This document shows, one piece after another, positions 1 through 8,183 of a stretch of DNA of 64,000 nucleotides. The position numbers were made by a program, and so were the translations under genes. Source of the stretch: Candidatus Pacearchaeota archaeon. Its GTDB lineage: Archaea > Nanobdellota > Nanobdellia > Pacearchaeales > GW2011-AR1. The stretch lies in the NCBI GenBank assembly GCA_038885615.1, contig JAVZZP010000002.1, forward strand, positions 698 to 64,697, written 5' to 3'. The notes under the pieces were generated by a model. The model did not search any database, was not told the origin of the DNA, and was given only the letters and a program-made list of their open reading frames with translations. How positions within the stretch are numbered: position 1 is the first letter of the stretch; each line of letters begins with the position of its first letter.

Positions 1-1376
1 TTTTAAATGGTTTTATTGAGAGCAGTGGTAGTGGTGTTGTTTTGTCCAATGTTCAAAATTCCCTTGTCAGGAATGTCAGCTTTTCAGCTAACAGCGTCGG
101 GCTTAATTTGAGCGGTTCAAATAATTCTGTTGAGAATTCTAATTTCTTGAATAACGAGCTTGCTCTTTCTATGACTGGCAATAATCAGCTCCTTTTCTCT
201 AACTCTTTTGGAGAGATTAAATGGGTTGGCGACCTTGTTGTCGGCGGAAAAACTATGGTGAATAATTGTGAAGGCATGCCTTTCCCTGAGTGTTTTATAG
301 AAGTAACTAAATACTCAAGAATGGATAGTTCCACTATTTCAATAGGAAAGGGCAGCATAACAATAAGTTCTTTGCTTCTTAATGATAATCCTTCATTGAA
401 TTCGTCGGTTGTTGTGAAGTTCTACGATGCTTACAGAACTGGTTTTTCACCGAAATTCTTGGGAATGGGGGTTTCTGGAATAAGGTGCGACAATACGACA
501 AATCCTTCATGCTTCAACTCAACTTCGTTGATGGCTACGCCGGCGGTTTTCAACGCTTCTAATGTGGGAGATGGAAGAATCTCATTAGGTTTCATGCCTA
601 GATACAAGAAAGAGATTTCAGGCCATCAAGGTTGGAATTTGGTCGGGTTTTCTAATCCAGCTGTTAAGAGAGAGGAAAACTCTATTTATACTGATTTGGA
701 GATAAATCTTTCAAAAGGATGGAATATCGTGAATTATCCTGTTCCTAATGAAAGGAATTTCAGAGAAGTTGTTTTTATTGAGAATGCTAGCTTGGCGAAT
801 GCTTCAAGAGAGGGCAAAGTAAGGGGAGGGCTTGTTTATTACGGAAAAGCGGCCAATGAGAATGCTCCTTCTTTCAAGTTCGTCGGGGTGAGAAATTCAG
901 GCGAGAGCACTTTAAGAGAAAACAGGGGCTATTACATTTATGCAGAGGAAAACACAACATTAAAGCTTAAAGGAGTTGTCCCTGTCCAGCACGAAGCCGC
1001 AGTCAAAAACTACAAAGTCAAAATAGGCGACATCCACTTCATCAACAAGTCAAGCGGAGAGGTGAGAAATATAACGAGGGCGGTTGAGGTTTTGAATAAG
1101 AGTTTGTGTATACCTTCTAAGAATAATACTATTTCAAGAGAGGGAATGTGGTTTGGTTATGGTATTTGTTATTGCTTAATGAATAATCCCAACTTTTGTG
1201 GTTGGAGATATACAAATTCAACGATTTACTGGTGGGATGCTGCTGGCGGAAATCCAAAGAATGCTGACTTTCAAATGAAATCTTATGATAGATACACAGA
1301 TGAGTTAGATGCATCCAAAGGTGTTTTCGTGAAGTTTAATTATCCTGATTTAGCAATATTGCTTCCTGGCGAATAA
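1..1376 (+). CDS. secreted parallel beta-helix-repeat surface protein, 5' partial (frame open to window start)
   Basis: ORF 42..1376; same frame has no stop back to nt 3. Repetitive N/S/V-rich strands (NVSFSANSVGLNLSGSNNSVENSNF) resemble right-handed beta-helix (NosD/pectin-lyase-like) repeats. Many N-x-S/T sequons. Confidence 0.45.
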   Translation, partial: LNGFIESSGSGVVLSNVQNSLVRNVSFSANSVGLNLSGSNNSVENSNFLNNELALSMTGNNQLLFSNSFGEIKWVGDLVVGGKTMVNNCEGMPFPECFIEVTKYSRMDSSTISIGKGSITISSLLLNDNPSLNSSVVVKFYDAYRTGFSPKFLGMGVSGIRCDNTTNPSCFNSTSLMATPAVFNASNVGDGRISLGFMPRYKKEISGHQGWNLVGFSNPAVKREENSIYTDLEINLSKGWNIVNYPVPNERNFREVVFIENASLANASREGKVRGGLVYYGKAANENAPSFKFVGVRNSGESTLRENRGYYIYAEENTTLKLKGVVPVQHEAAVKNYKVKIGDIHFINKSSGEVRNITRAVEVLNKSLCIPSKNNTISREGMWFGYGICYCLMNNPNFCGWRYTNSTIYWWDAAGGNPKNADFQMKSYDRYTDELDASKGVFVKFNYPDLAILLPGE

Positions 1377-1526
1377 GATTAAGTGTATTAATAGTGATGA
1401 CTTGTAGGCAAGATTATATTTTATGACTAAACTTCTTAAGATTTAAAGAAATAAAAAATAAAAAATTCGCGCGCGGCTTTTTGTTTTTAACTTCTTAATA
1501 GTAACAACCGAAAAGTTTAAATACTT

Positions 1527-2279
1527 GTGTTTTTTTATTTATGTATGGCAAAGAAAAACTTGAAGAGCATAATCGCAGCAGGATTAGTTGGTGCTTCTAG
1601 TTTATTTTTACCTACAAAAGTAAAAAGCGATTTAGTAGATGTTTTCTTATATGAACCTTCTAGGGAAGATGTAGGAGGTTCAATGATGACCTTGCGAAAT
1701 ATGGAAGGCGGGGAGTTGGGTTATGATGACATAGATGATCCTTTTTGGCCTGGAAGACCTCCTGGAAGTCCTGATGTTTGGTTAAGAGTTTATTCTGATC
1801 AATGGAAAGTTTATTATAATGAATCTTCTTTTCCACCAATTCGTGTTGATGCTCGTCCTTATTCTGGTCCGGATGCGAATCAGCCATTTCCGTTGAGGGC
1901 GGATGTTCAGGGATTAGGAGAGGGAGAGACAATCAGCGCGAACAATTGTTATTTCACTTTCCAAGCTCAAAATGGTTATGGGACAAATGGCGGTTATAGA
2001 GATGAGGGATTGAGAGATATCTACACTTGGACTTTAAGTTTAAATCCAACTTATGCTCAATTCACAGACGGAAGCTACACAAAGAGCGGAAGCTTTGATT
2101 TGAGACAAGGCCAAACATTCAATACACCTGCTTTTAACATTTATAATGTTCCTGGAAACACAAAATTTCTTGAATGGACTTTACAAGCAATACCAGAGCC
2201 ATCTACAATAAGCTTTATTGGTCTAGCTGGTGGAGCAGCTCTTTTAGGTAGAAGATTAAGAAGAAAAAAAGAAAAATAA
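1527..2279 (+). CDS. secreted protein with C-terminal PEP-CTERM-like sorting signal
   Basis: N-terminal Sec-type hydrophobic segment (IIAAGLVGASSLFLP). C-terminus IPEPSTISFIGLAGGAALLGRRLRRKKEK = PEP motif + hydrophobic helix + Arg-rich tail. Confidence 0.5.
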   Translation: MFFYLCMAKKNLKSIIAAGLVGASSLFLPTKVKSDLVDVFLYEPSREDVGGSMMTLRNMEGGELGYDDIDDPFWPGRPPGSPDVWLRVYSDQWKVYYNESSFPPIRVDARPYSGPDANQPFPLRADVQGLGEGETISANNCYFTFQAQNGYGTNGGYRDEGLRDIYTWTLSLNPTYAQFTDGSYTKSGSFDLRQGQTFNTPAFNIYNVPGNTKFLEWTLQAIPEPSTISFIGLAGGAALLGRRLRRKKEK

Positions 2280-2913
2280 AGAAGCCGGCAGGGTTAAAGT
2301 TAGAGAAAGCTTGGTTTTTGGGGTTTTTATAAGGGATTAGAGAAAATCTTAATTCTTTAAATTTTCAGGAAAATGAATTTTATTTTGCAGGAAAAAGATA
2401 GGATTTGAGAAATAGGGTTTGAAAAAGTTTTCTTCTTGTTTAATTCGTGGAAATTATTTTTACAAAAAATTCTATGGAAAGAATGAAAACTAGAATAACA
2501 GAAAAGAATAAGTTATTCAAACTATAACAATTAATTTTGTTGTTTATCTTCCTCAGAAATAAGTTTATTTTAATGATATTCCTTTTTCTTTTGCTTTTTT
2601 TTATTGTAGATTTCATAAGGAGCAGCATTAGCAACATCAGGCTATCTTGAAAGAGTATGCTCTGTATAAATCTTTCCTTTGAATAGCTTCCAAAACAATG
2701 TTTGCATAGAAGATTACATCTTGTTGTTAAATTTATGTAACAAGAATGGGGAGAAGCATAAACTTCTTTAGATATTTTCTATGTTTTTGTATGATCAACC
2801 TTAAATCCTAGGAGAATCTAAATTAATTAATTTAATAAAGATAGTTAATATCATTTTCATATAATATAAATGCAAGAAGAAAATTCCTAGAAAGAGTTGT
2901 CTTTTTATTTTTA

Positions 2914-2984
2914 TGGACCTGCCGAGAATCGAACTCGGATCTTCTGACTGCCAGCCAGACGTTCTACCATTAGACCACAGGCCC
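2914..2984 (-). tRNA. tRNA-Ala (anticodon GGC)
   Basis: Minus-strand sequence GGGCCTG..CAGGTCCA folds as a cloverleaf. Anticodon loop CTGGCAG, T-arm CCGAG-TTCGATT-CTCGG, G3:U70 Ala identity pair. No encoded CCA, no intron. Confidence 0.8.
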
Positions 2985-3005
2985 ACTAGTTTTTTAAAAA
3001 AGAAA

Positions 3006-3018
3006 TCTATAAAAAGCT
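3006..3018 (-). promoter_or_regulatory. putative archaeal TATA box (TTTTTATAG on minus strand) about 25-30 nt upstream of tRNA-Ala
   Basis: A/T box at the canonical -26/-27 distance from the tRNA 5' end. Confidence 0.3.
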
Positions 3019-3036
3019 TTCATTTGTTTAAACTTA

Positions 3037-3384
3037 ATGGAAAAGGACTGCATTTTCTGCAAGATTGCGAAAGGAGAAATAAAAAGCGATATTTTTTTTG
3101 AGAGTGATAATTTTATTGCCATAAAAGACATTCATCCTATCTCTCAAGGACACTCTTTAATAATCTCAAAAAAGCATTATGAAAATGTCCTGGATTTTCC
3201 AAATCTTCTTGGAAATGAGTTAATTAGTGTTATAAAAGAGGTTTTTTTCAAGCTTCAAAAAGAAACAAGCTGCGAGGGCTTTAATGTTGTGCAGAATAAT
3301 TTTTTAGCAGCAGGTCAAGTTATTAATCACATACATTTTCATATTATTCCAAGAAAGAAAAACGACGGAGTTAAACTTAATTAA
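3037..3384 (+). CDS. HIT-family (histidine triad) nucleotide hydrolase
   Basis: CIFCKI N-terminus, GHSLIISKKH, histidine triad HIHFHIIP. Confidence 0.8.
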   Translation: MEKDCIFCKIAKGEIKSDIFFESDNFIAIKDIHPISQGHSLIISKKHYENVLDFPNLLGNELISVIKEVFFKLQKETSCEGFNVVQNNFLAAGQVINHIHFHIIPRKKNDGVKLN

Positions 3385-3713
3385 TGGACTTTAAAGAATA
3401 TCAGGAAAAAGCGAAAGAAACAGCAGTTTATCCTAAAACAGAACCTTCTTGGGTTTATCCTTTGCTTGGCTTGGCCGGAGAGAGCGGCGAGATTTTTGAA
3501 AAGTTAAAAAAAGTCATTCGCGACGAGAAAGGAAAAATTTCAGAGGAAAAAATTGAATTGCTAAAAAAAGAGATAGGAGATGTTTTGTGGTATTTAGCAA
3601 CACTTTCGACGGAACTCCGGCTTGATTTTAATGAAATAGCAGAAGAAAACATAAAAAAGCTTTTTTCAAGAAAAGAGAGAAATGTCCTTCATGGAAGCGG
3701 TGATTTAAGATAG
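3384..3713 (+). CDS. MazG-like nucleotide pyrophosphohydrolase
   Basis: LLGLAGESGEI...EIGDVLWYLATL motif of all-alpha NTP-PPase (MazG) fold. ATGA start/stop overlap with the HIT gene. Confidence 0.7.
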   Translation: MDFKEYQEKAKETAVYPKTEPSWVYPLLGLAGESGEIFEKLKKVIRDEKGKISEEKIELLKKEIGDVLWYLATLSTELRLDFNEIAEENIKKLFSRKERNVLHGSGDLR

Positions 3714-3771
3714 TTGATGAGGGTTAATTTTCTAATAGATGAAGAAAAAAATGCTTTGAACATTTGGAAAG

Positions 3772-4101
3772 TTGAAAACTCAGATGAGAATTTTTTTAGA
3801 TGCTTTAAAAAAATCATGGAAGAATATAGAAGATGAATTCTTTTGCAGAGCAGATAAAATTTTCAATAAAAAACTAAACGAAAAATTTAATTGTTATTTA
3901 ACGACAATAGAAAGATGCTCTTACGATATTAAAGAAAATTATTTTTTTGTTTCTTTTTTTTATTCTTTACCGAAAGCACTTTTGTCAATTGGTCATGAAA
4001 TTTTTCATTTTTATTTTCACAGATTTTATTTTAAAGAATTAGAGAAGAAAATAGGAAAAGATAAAACAAACGACTTTAAAGAGGTCTTAGCGGTTTATTA
4101 A
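3772..4101 (+). CDS. hypothetical small protein with HExxH motif (GHEIFH)
   Basis: ORF only; possible minimal metallopeptidase-like motif. Confidence 0.25.
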   Translation: MKTQMRIFLDALKKSWKNIEDEFFCRADKIFNKKLNEKFNCYLTTIERCSYDIKENYFFVSFFYSLPKALLSIGHEIFHFYFHRFYFKELEKKIGKDKTNDFKEVLAVY

Positions 4102-4253
4102 ATTTGGAGTTTAATGATTTGTTTTTAATTGAGGATAAAGGTTATGAAAAGCATAAAGATTTAAGAGAGTTCATTAAGGAGAAATGGTTAAAGAGAAAAA
4201 GCTTTGATTTCTTAATAAGCAATCTTTAAATATCTCTTTTTCTCTATAATTAT

Positions 4254-4556
4254 ATGGAAGAAAAGCTTGTTCGTGATAAGGTTCCAGAGATTATTGAAAA
4301 AGAGGGAAAAAAAGCAGTTTTTAGAAAAGCCTCCGACGGGGAATATTGGACAATGCTTAAAGTGAAACTAAAAGAAGAAGTTGAGGATTTTTTAGCAAAC
4401 CCGATTGAAGAAGGGCTTGTTGATATTTATGAAGTTATGAATGCTATTTATGATTTTATGAATGTGAAGAAAGAAAACTTGAAAGAGCTCGCAGAGAAAA
4501 AAAGAGAGGAAAAAGGTTCTTTTAAGGAGAGAGTTGTTTTAAAGAAAGTTGAATAA
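4254..4556 (+). CDS. all-alpha NTP pyrophosphohydrolase-like protein (MazG/PRA-PH superfamily)
   Basis: LVRDKVPEIIEKEG...EEVEDFL...LVDIYEVMNAIYDF pattern typical of house-cleaning NTP-PPases. Confidence 0.5.
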   Translation: MEEKLVRDKVPEIIEKEGKKAVFRKASDGEYWTMLKVKLKEEVEDFLANPIEEGLVDIYEVMNAIYDFMNVKKENLKELAEKKREEKGSFKERVVLKKVE

Positions 4557-4590
4557 AAAACTTAATAAACACTTTTTCTTTTGATTTTTT

Positions 4591-6339
4591 ATGATAACTC
4601 GCAAAGATTTAATAAAAAAATATTTGGACTTTTTCAAGGAGAAAGGGCACAAGGAAGTGCAAAATGCTTCTTTAGTTCCTGAAAATGACCCTTCTGTGCT
4701 TTTCACTACGGCAGGAATGCATCCTTTAGTGCCTTTTTTGCTCGGCGAAAAACATCCTTCGGGAAAAAGAATTTGCAATGTTCAAAGATGTGTAAGAACA
4801 GGCGACATTGATTCTGTCGGGGATAGTTATCATCACACTTTTTTTGAAATGCTTGGAAATTGGAGTTTAAACGATTATTGGAAAGAAGAGGCAATAAAAA
4901 TGACTTTTGAATTTCATACAAAGATTTTGAAAATTCCTCTTGAAAGATATGCTGTTTCAGTGTTTAATGGGGACGAAATTGCCCCTCGGGACGAAGAAAC
5001 AATAAAAATCTGGAAAAAACTTGGAATTAAAGAAGAAAGAATTGCTTTGCTTGGAAGAAGTGATAATTGGTGGGAAACAGCAGGAGCAGGTCCTTGCGGG
5101 CCTTGTACAGAGCAGTTTTTTTACAAAGGAAAAAATCCTCCGGAAGTTTTTAATCCAGAAGATAAAAATTGGGTTGAAATTGGCAACGATGTTTTAATGG
5201 AATATGTTAAAGACAAAGAAGGAAACTACAAAAAATCTTCTTTAAAAAATATTGATTTTGGCGGAGGAGTTGAAAGAACACTTGCTGTCTTAAATGGTTT
5301 GGAAGACAATTATTTAACAGATTGCTTTTTGCCAATAATAAGAAAAATAGAGGAATTATCTGGAAAAGAATATGGAAAAAATGAAGAGGAAACAAGAGCA
5401 ATGAGAATTATTGCTGATCATTTGAAGGCAAGTGTTTTTATTCTTGGCGACGGAGTTTTGCCTAGCAATGTTGAAAGGGGTTATGTCTTGAGAAGATTAA
5501 TAAGAAGAGCAATAAGATTTGGAAGAAGTTTAGGAATAAAAGAATTCACAAAAAAAGTTGCTTTGGCAGTTTTTGATATTTACGACGACTATGGCATTCT
5601 GAACAAAAATAAAATTTTCATTTTGGACGAGCTTGAAAAGGAGGAAAAAAGATTTTTAGAGACATTGGAAAAAGGAATAAAAGAGTTTGAAAAAATAACA
5701 GAAAAATCAAAAGAAATTTCAGGAAAGGACTCTTTTTTGCTTTACCAAAGTTTTGGTTTTCCGTTGGAATTGACAAAAGAGTTGGCAAAAGAAAAAGGAA
5801 TTTCCGTTGATGAAAAAACTTTTTATGAAGAATTAAAAAAACACCAAGAATTAAGTAGGAGTTTGTCGGCAGGAGTTTTCAAGTCGGGGCTTGCAGATGA
5901 TTCGGAAAAAACAAAAAAATTGCATACGGCAACGCATTTGCTAAATGAAGCTTTAAGAGTTGTTTTAAACGACAGAAACATTTGTCAAAAAGGAAGCAAC
6001 ATAACTCCTGAAAGATTAAGATTTGATTTCAATTTTCCGAGAAAGCTTACAAGCGAAGAATTGAAAAAAGTTGAAGATTTAGTCAATAAAAAAATACAAG
6101 AAGGTCTTAAAGTTGATTTCAAAGAGATGTCTGTGGAAGAAGCTAAAAAAATAGGCGCCCAAGGAGTTTTTGAGTCAAAATATGGTGATAAAGTGAAGGT
6201 TTATTTTATAGGCGATTTTTCAAAAGAAATTTGCGCAGGACCACACGTTTCTAACACAAAAGAGCTTGGCAAGTTTAAAATTATTAAGGAAGAATCATCA
6301 AGTGCAGGAGTTAGAAGAATTAAGGCAGTTTTGGAGTAG
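4591..6339 (+). CDS. alaS: alanyl-tRNA synthetase, short bacterial-type form (catalytic + editing domains, no C-Ala domain)
   Basis: N-terminus similar to bacterial AlaS (LVPENDPSVLFTTAGM; cf. E. coli LLFTNAGM). Editing-site HxxxH (HTATHLL) and CxxxH (CAGPHV). Only 582 aa. Confidence 0.85.
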   Translation: MITRKDLIKKYLDFFKEKGHKEVQNASLVPENDPSVLFTTAGMHPLVPFLLGEKHPSGKRICNVQRCVRTGDIDSVGDSYHHTFFEMLGNWSLNDYWKEEAIKMTFEFHTKILKIPLERYAVSVFNGDEIAPRDEETIKIWKKLGIKEERIALLGRSDNWWETAGAGPCGPCTEQFFYKGKNPPEVFNPEDKNWVEIGNDVLMEYVKDKEGNYKKSSLKNIDFGGGVERTLAVLNGLEDNYLTDCFLPIIRKIEELSGKEYGKNEEETRAMRIIADHLKASVFILGDGVLPSNVERGYVLRRLIRRAIRFGRSLGIKEFTKKVALAVFDIYDDYGILNKNKIFILDELEKEEKRFLETLEKGIKEFEKITEKSKEISGKDSFLLYQSFGFPLELTKELAKEKGISVDEKTFYEELKKHQELSRSLSAGVFKSGLADDSEKTKKLHTATHLLNEALRVVLNDRNICQKGSNITPERLRFDFNFPRKLTSEELKKVEDLVNKKIQEGLKVDFKEMSVEEAKKIGAQGVFESKYGDKVKVYFIGDFSKEICAGPHVSNTKELGKFKIIKEESSSAGVRRIKAVLE

Positions 6340-6428
6340 AAGGTTTATTATATAGGAAATTTTTTCTTTATTAATCTTTTTTTATAAAACGACCTGTGTT
6401 AATAGTTTATTAAAATCTTTTTCAGCCC

Positions 6429-7226
6429 CTAATAAATAAACTTTCTTCTTAGAATTTCTCTATTAACCTGTTCTCTTTTCATAAAATTTTCTTTATTTTT
6501 CAGGAATTTTCTTACAAACCAATTCATTTTTCCAGGCTCTCCTGCTAATGCCCTAGCAAAATTTTTTATTTCTTCTGCTGCCTTGCTTTTTGGATCTTTT
6601 ATTATTAAAGGTTGTTTGTAGAAGATACATTCTATCATTTTCTTCTCTTCAGGAATTTTTGCAACAACAGGCAAGGATGAGGCCCATTCCACTTCTTCGC
6701 AACTCATTTCATAAGGAACATTTTTTGTTCTATTTATAATGATTCCTTCTATTGGTGTACCTTGAGATTTCGCTATTTGAGCAGCTTTTAAACTTGTTGC
6801 TAGAGTTACTTTGTCAGGCGTTGTCACGACAAAAATCATCTCAGAAGCAGCAACTATCGGAACCATCTCGGAATAATGAGGTGAAGAGTCAATAATAATA
6901 TAGTCATATTTATTTTTTATTTTTTCTATGATTCTTTTCAATCTAAAAATGTCTGTTTTATCGTAGTGATCTAGGGCTGCTGGAACAACATCAACTCCAT
7001 AACTCTCATAGACTGCTCTTTGAAAGCTTTCGCCTTTTAGAAGGTCTTGAAGAGAATTTTTATGGGTTAAATCCAGGTAAAGAGCAACATTCGGGGCGGA
7101 AATATTTCCGTCGATTAAAAGAACTCTTTTTCCAAAGTCGTTTGCTAAAGAAATAGCCACTTCCAGAGAGATGGTTGTTTTTCCTACCCCTCCTTTTACT
7201 GAAACAAAAGAAATTACTCTCGCCAT
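6429..7226 (-). CDS. MinD/ParA-family P-loop ATPase
   Basis: Deviant Walker A VKGGVGKTT, SIMIBI-type architecture. Confidence 0.75.
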   Translation of the reverse strand: MARVISFVSVKGGVGKTTISLEVAISLANDFGKRVLLIDGNISAPNVALYLDLTHKNSLQDLLKGESFQRAVYESYGVDVVPAALDHYDKTDIFRLKRIIEKIKNKYDYIIIDSSPHYSEMVPIVAASEMIFVVTTPDKVTLATSLKAAQIAKSQGTPIEGIIINRTKNVPYEMSCEEVEWASSLPVVAKIPEEKKMIECIFYKQPLIIKDPKSKAAEEIKNFARALAGEPGKMNWFVRKFLKNKENFMKREQVNREILRRKFIY

Positions 7227-7376
7227 ATCACCTCTTTAAATAATTATTTTTTTGGCTTTTTAATGTTTTTGGTGAGTGTTTTTTTGATTAATCGCTGTTA
7301 GGCGCCCCGAACGAAGTGAGAGTGCAATGTGCCGACAACGAATTGAGGGAGAGTTGCGGGTCTAGGATTTTTGCTA

Positions 7377-7874
7377 TTAACAACATCCTGCCAATATTTC
7401 ATCAATACAACCACCGCAGGATTTATTTTTATCTTCAATTGTCTGTAAAAATTCCTCACAAGAAACTTCTTTAAATTCTCCATCTTTTTTCAACTCAAAT
7501 TTATTTTGATATTTGCCACATATACTTGCTGAGTGAATTCCGAGACACGCTTGTTTTGTTTCTTTGGGAAATGAAAATCCGCTTATTAACTCATTTTTTT
7601 TATATTTTATTGAATCAAAATAGCAATGTTCACTAAAACCATCGAAACAATTACCAAAATATTCTATTTTGTCTTTTTCTTTGCATATGTCTTTTACGCT
7701 CTGTGATATACTTTGAGACCAGACACTTTTCTTTGAGTTGAAAGAAAAAATATATAGTCCTCCAATTACAACAATCAATAACAGGGTAATTATTAGAATT
7801 GTAATTTTGTTTTTTATATTCATAATATACTTTAAGGAGGTTAATAAATGTTTGCAAAAATCCGTTAAAGCCAC
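7377..7874 (-). CDS. membrane-anchored Cys-rich hypothetical protein (likely true start MNIKNK)
   Basis: N-terminal TM (ITILIITLLLIVVIGGLYIF), about 12 Cys in ectodomain. Confidence 0.35.
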   Translation of the reverse strand: MALTDFCKHLLTSLKYIMNIKNKITILIITLLLIVVIGGLYIFSFNSKKSVWSQSISQSVKDICKEKDKIEYFGNCFDGFSEHCYFDSIKYKKNELISGFSFPKETKQACLGIHSASICGKYQNKFELKKDGEFKEVSCEEFLQTIEDKNKSCGGCIDEILAGCC

Positions 7875-8145
7875 GCAATTTCACTTAACCTCTATTACTT
7901 TTACTTTTTATCTGAATTAAAAAAATTAGAAAAAGAACTAAAAATAAGAAAATATTCTGAAAGAACAATTGAAAATACTTTATGAATAAACTACTAAAGT
8001 CAAAAAGCATAAAGAGTTTTTTCTAATATTAAGCTAGGCAGGAATCCTTTAAGAATAAACTATTTTGCTATAAATTTTAAAAAAGAATTTTATAAAAAAA
8101 ATTAGGCTTAGTGGTCAAAAAAACAAAAATATAAATACCTCTTGC

Positions 8146-8163
8146 GAACAACTATTTAAATAA
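8146..8163 (+). promoter_or_regulatory. putative TATA box (TTTAAATAA) about 25 nt upstream of topoisomerase ATG
   Basis: A/T box at -26 relative to ATG at 8184; implies a leaderless mRNA. Confidence 0.25.
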
Positions 8164-8183
8164 CCTATCAAAACTAATTTAAT

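Noticed and set aside
1385-1500. Possible C/D-box sRNA (GTGATGA at about 1393) and GC palindrome TTCGCGCGCGG followed by T-run
   Set aside because: No matching D/D' (CTGA) boxes or terminal stem, so the C/D call is rejected. The palindrome + T-tract may just be a terminator for the upstream gene (low confidence, not listed).
2440-2637. ORF 2440..2637 (MLLMLLLMKSTIKK...)
   Set aside because: Low-complexity K/L/I-rich translation of AT-rich spacer; no start context. Treated as non-coding.
2801-3101. ORFs 2801..2986(-) and 2913..3101(+)
   Set aside because: They overlap the tRNA-Ala gene and its promoter. The peptide GLWSNGRTSGWQSEDP is simply tRNA sequence translated.
1129-5401. Short antisense ORFs (1129..1314, 1660..1932, 3455..3652, 4539..4778, 4706..4921, 5207..5401)
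   Set aside because: They lie entirely inside, and antisense to, well-supported genes. They are low-complexity and typical AT-rich chance ORFs.
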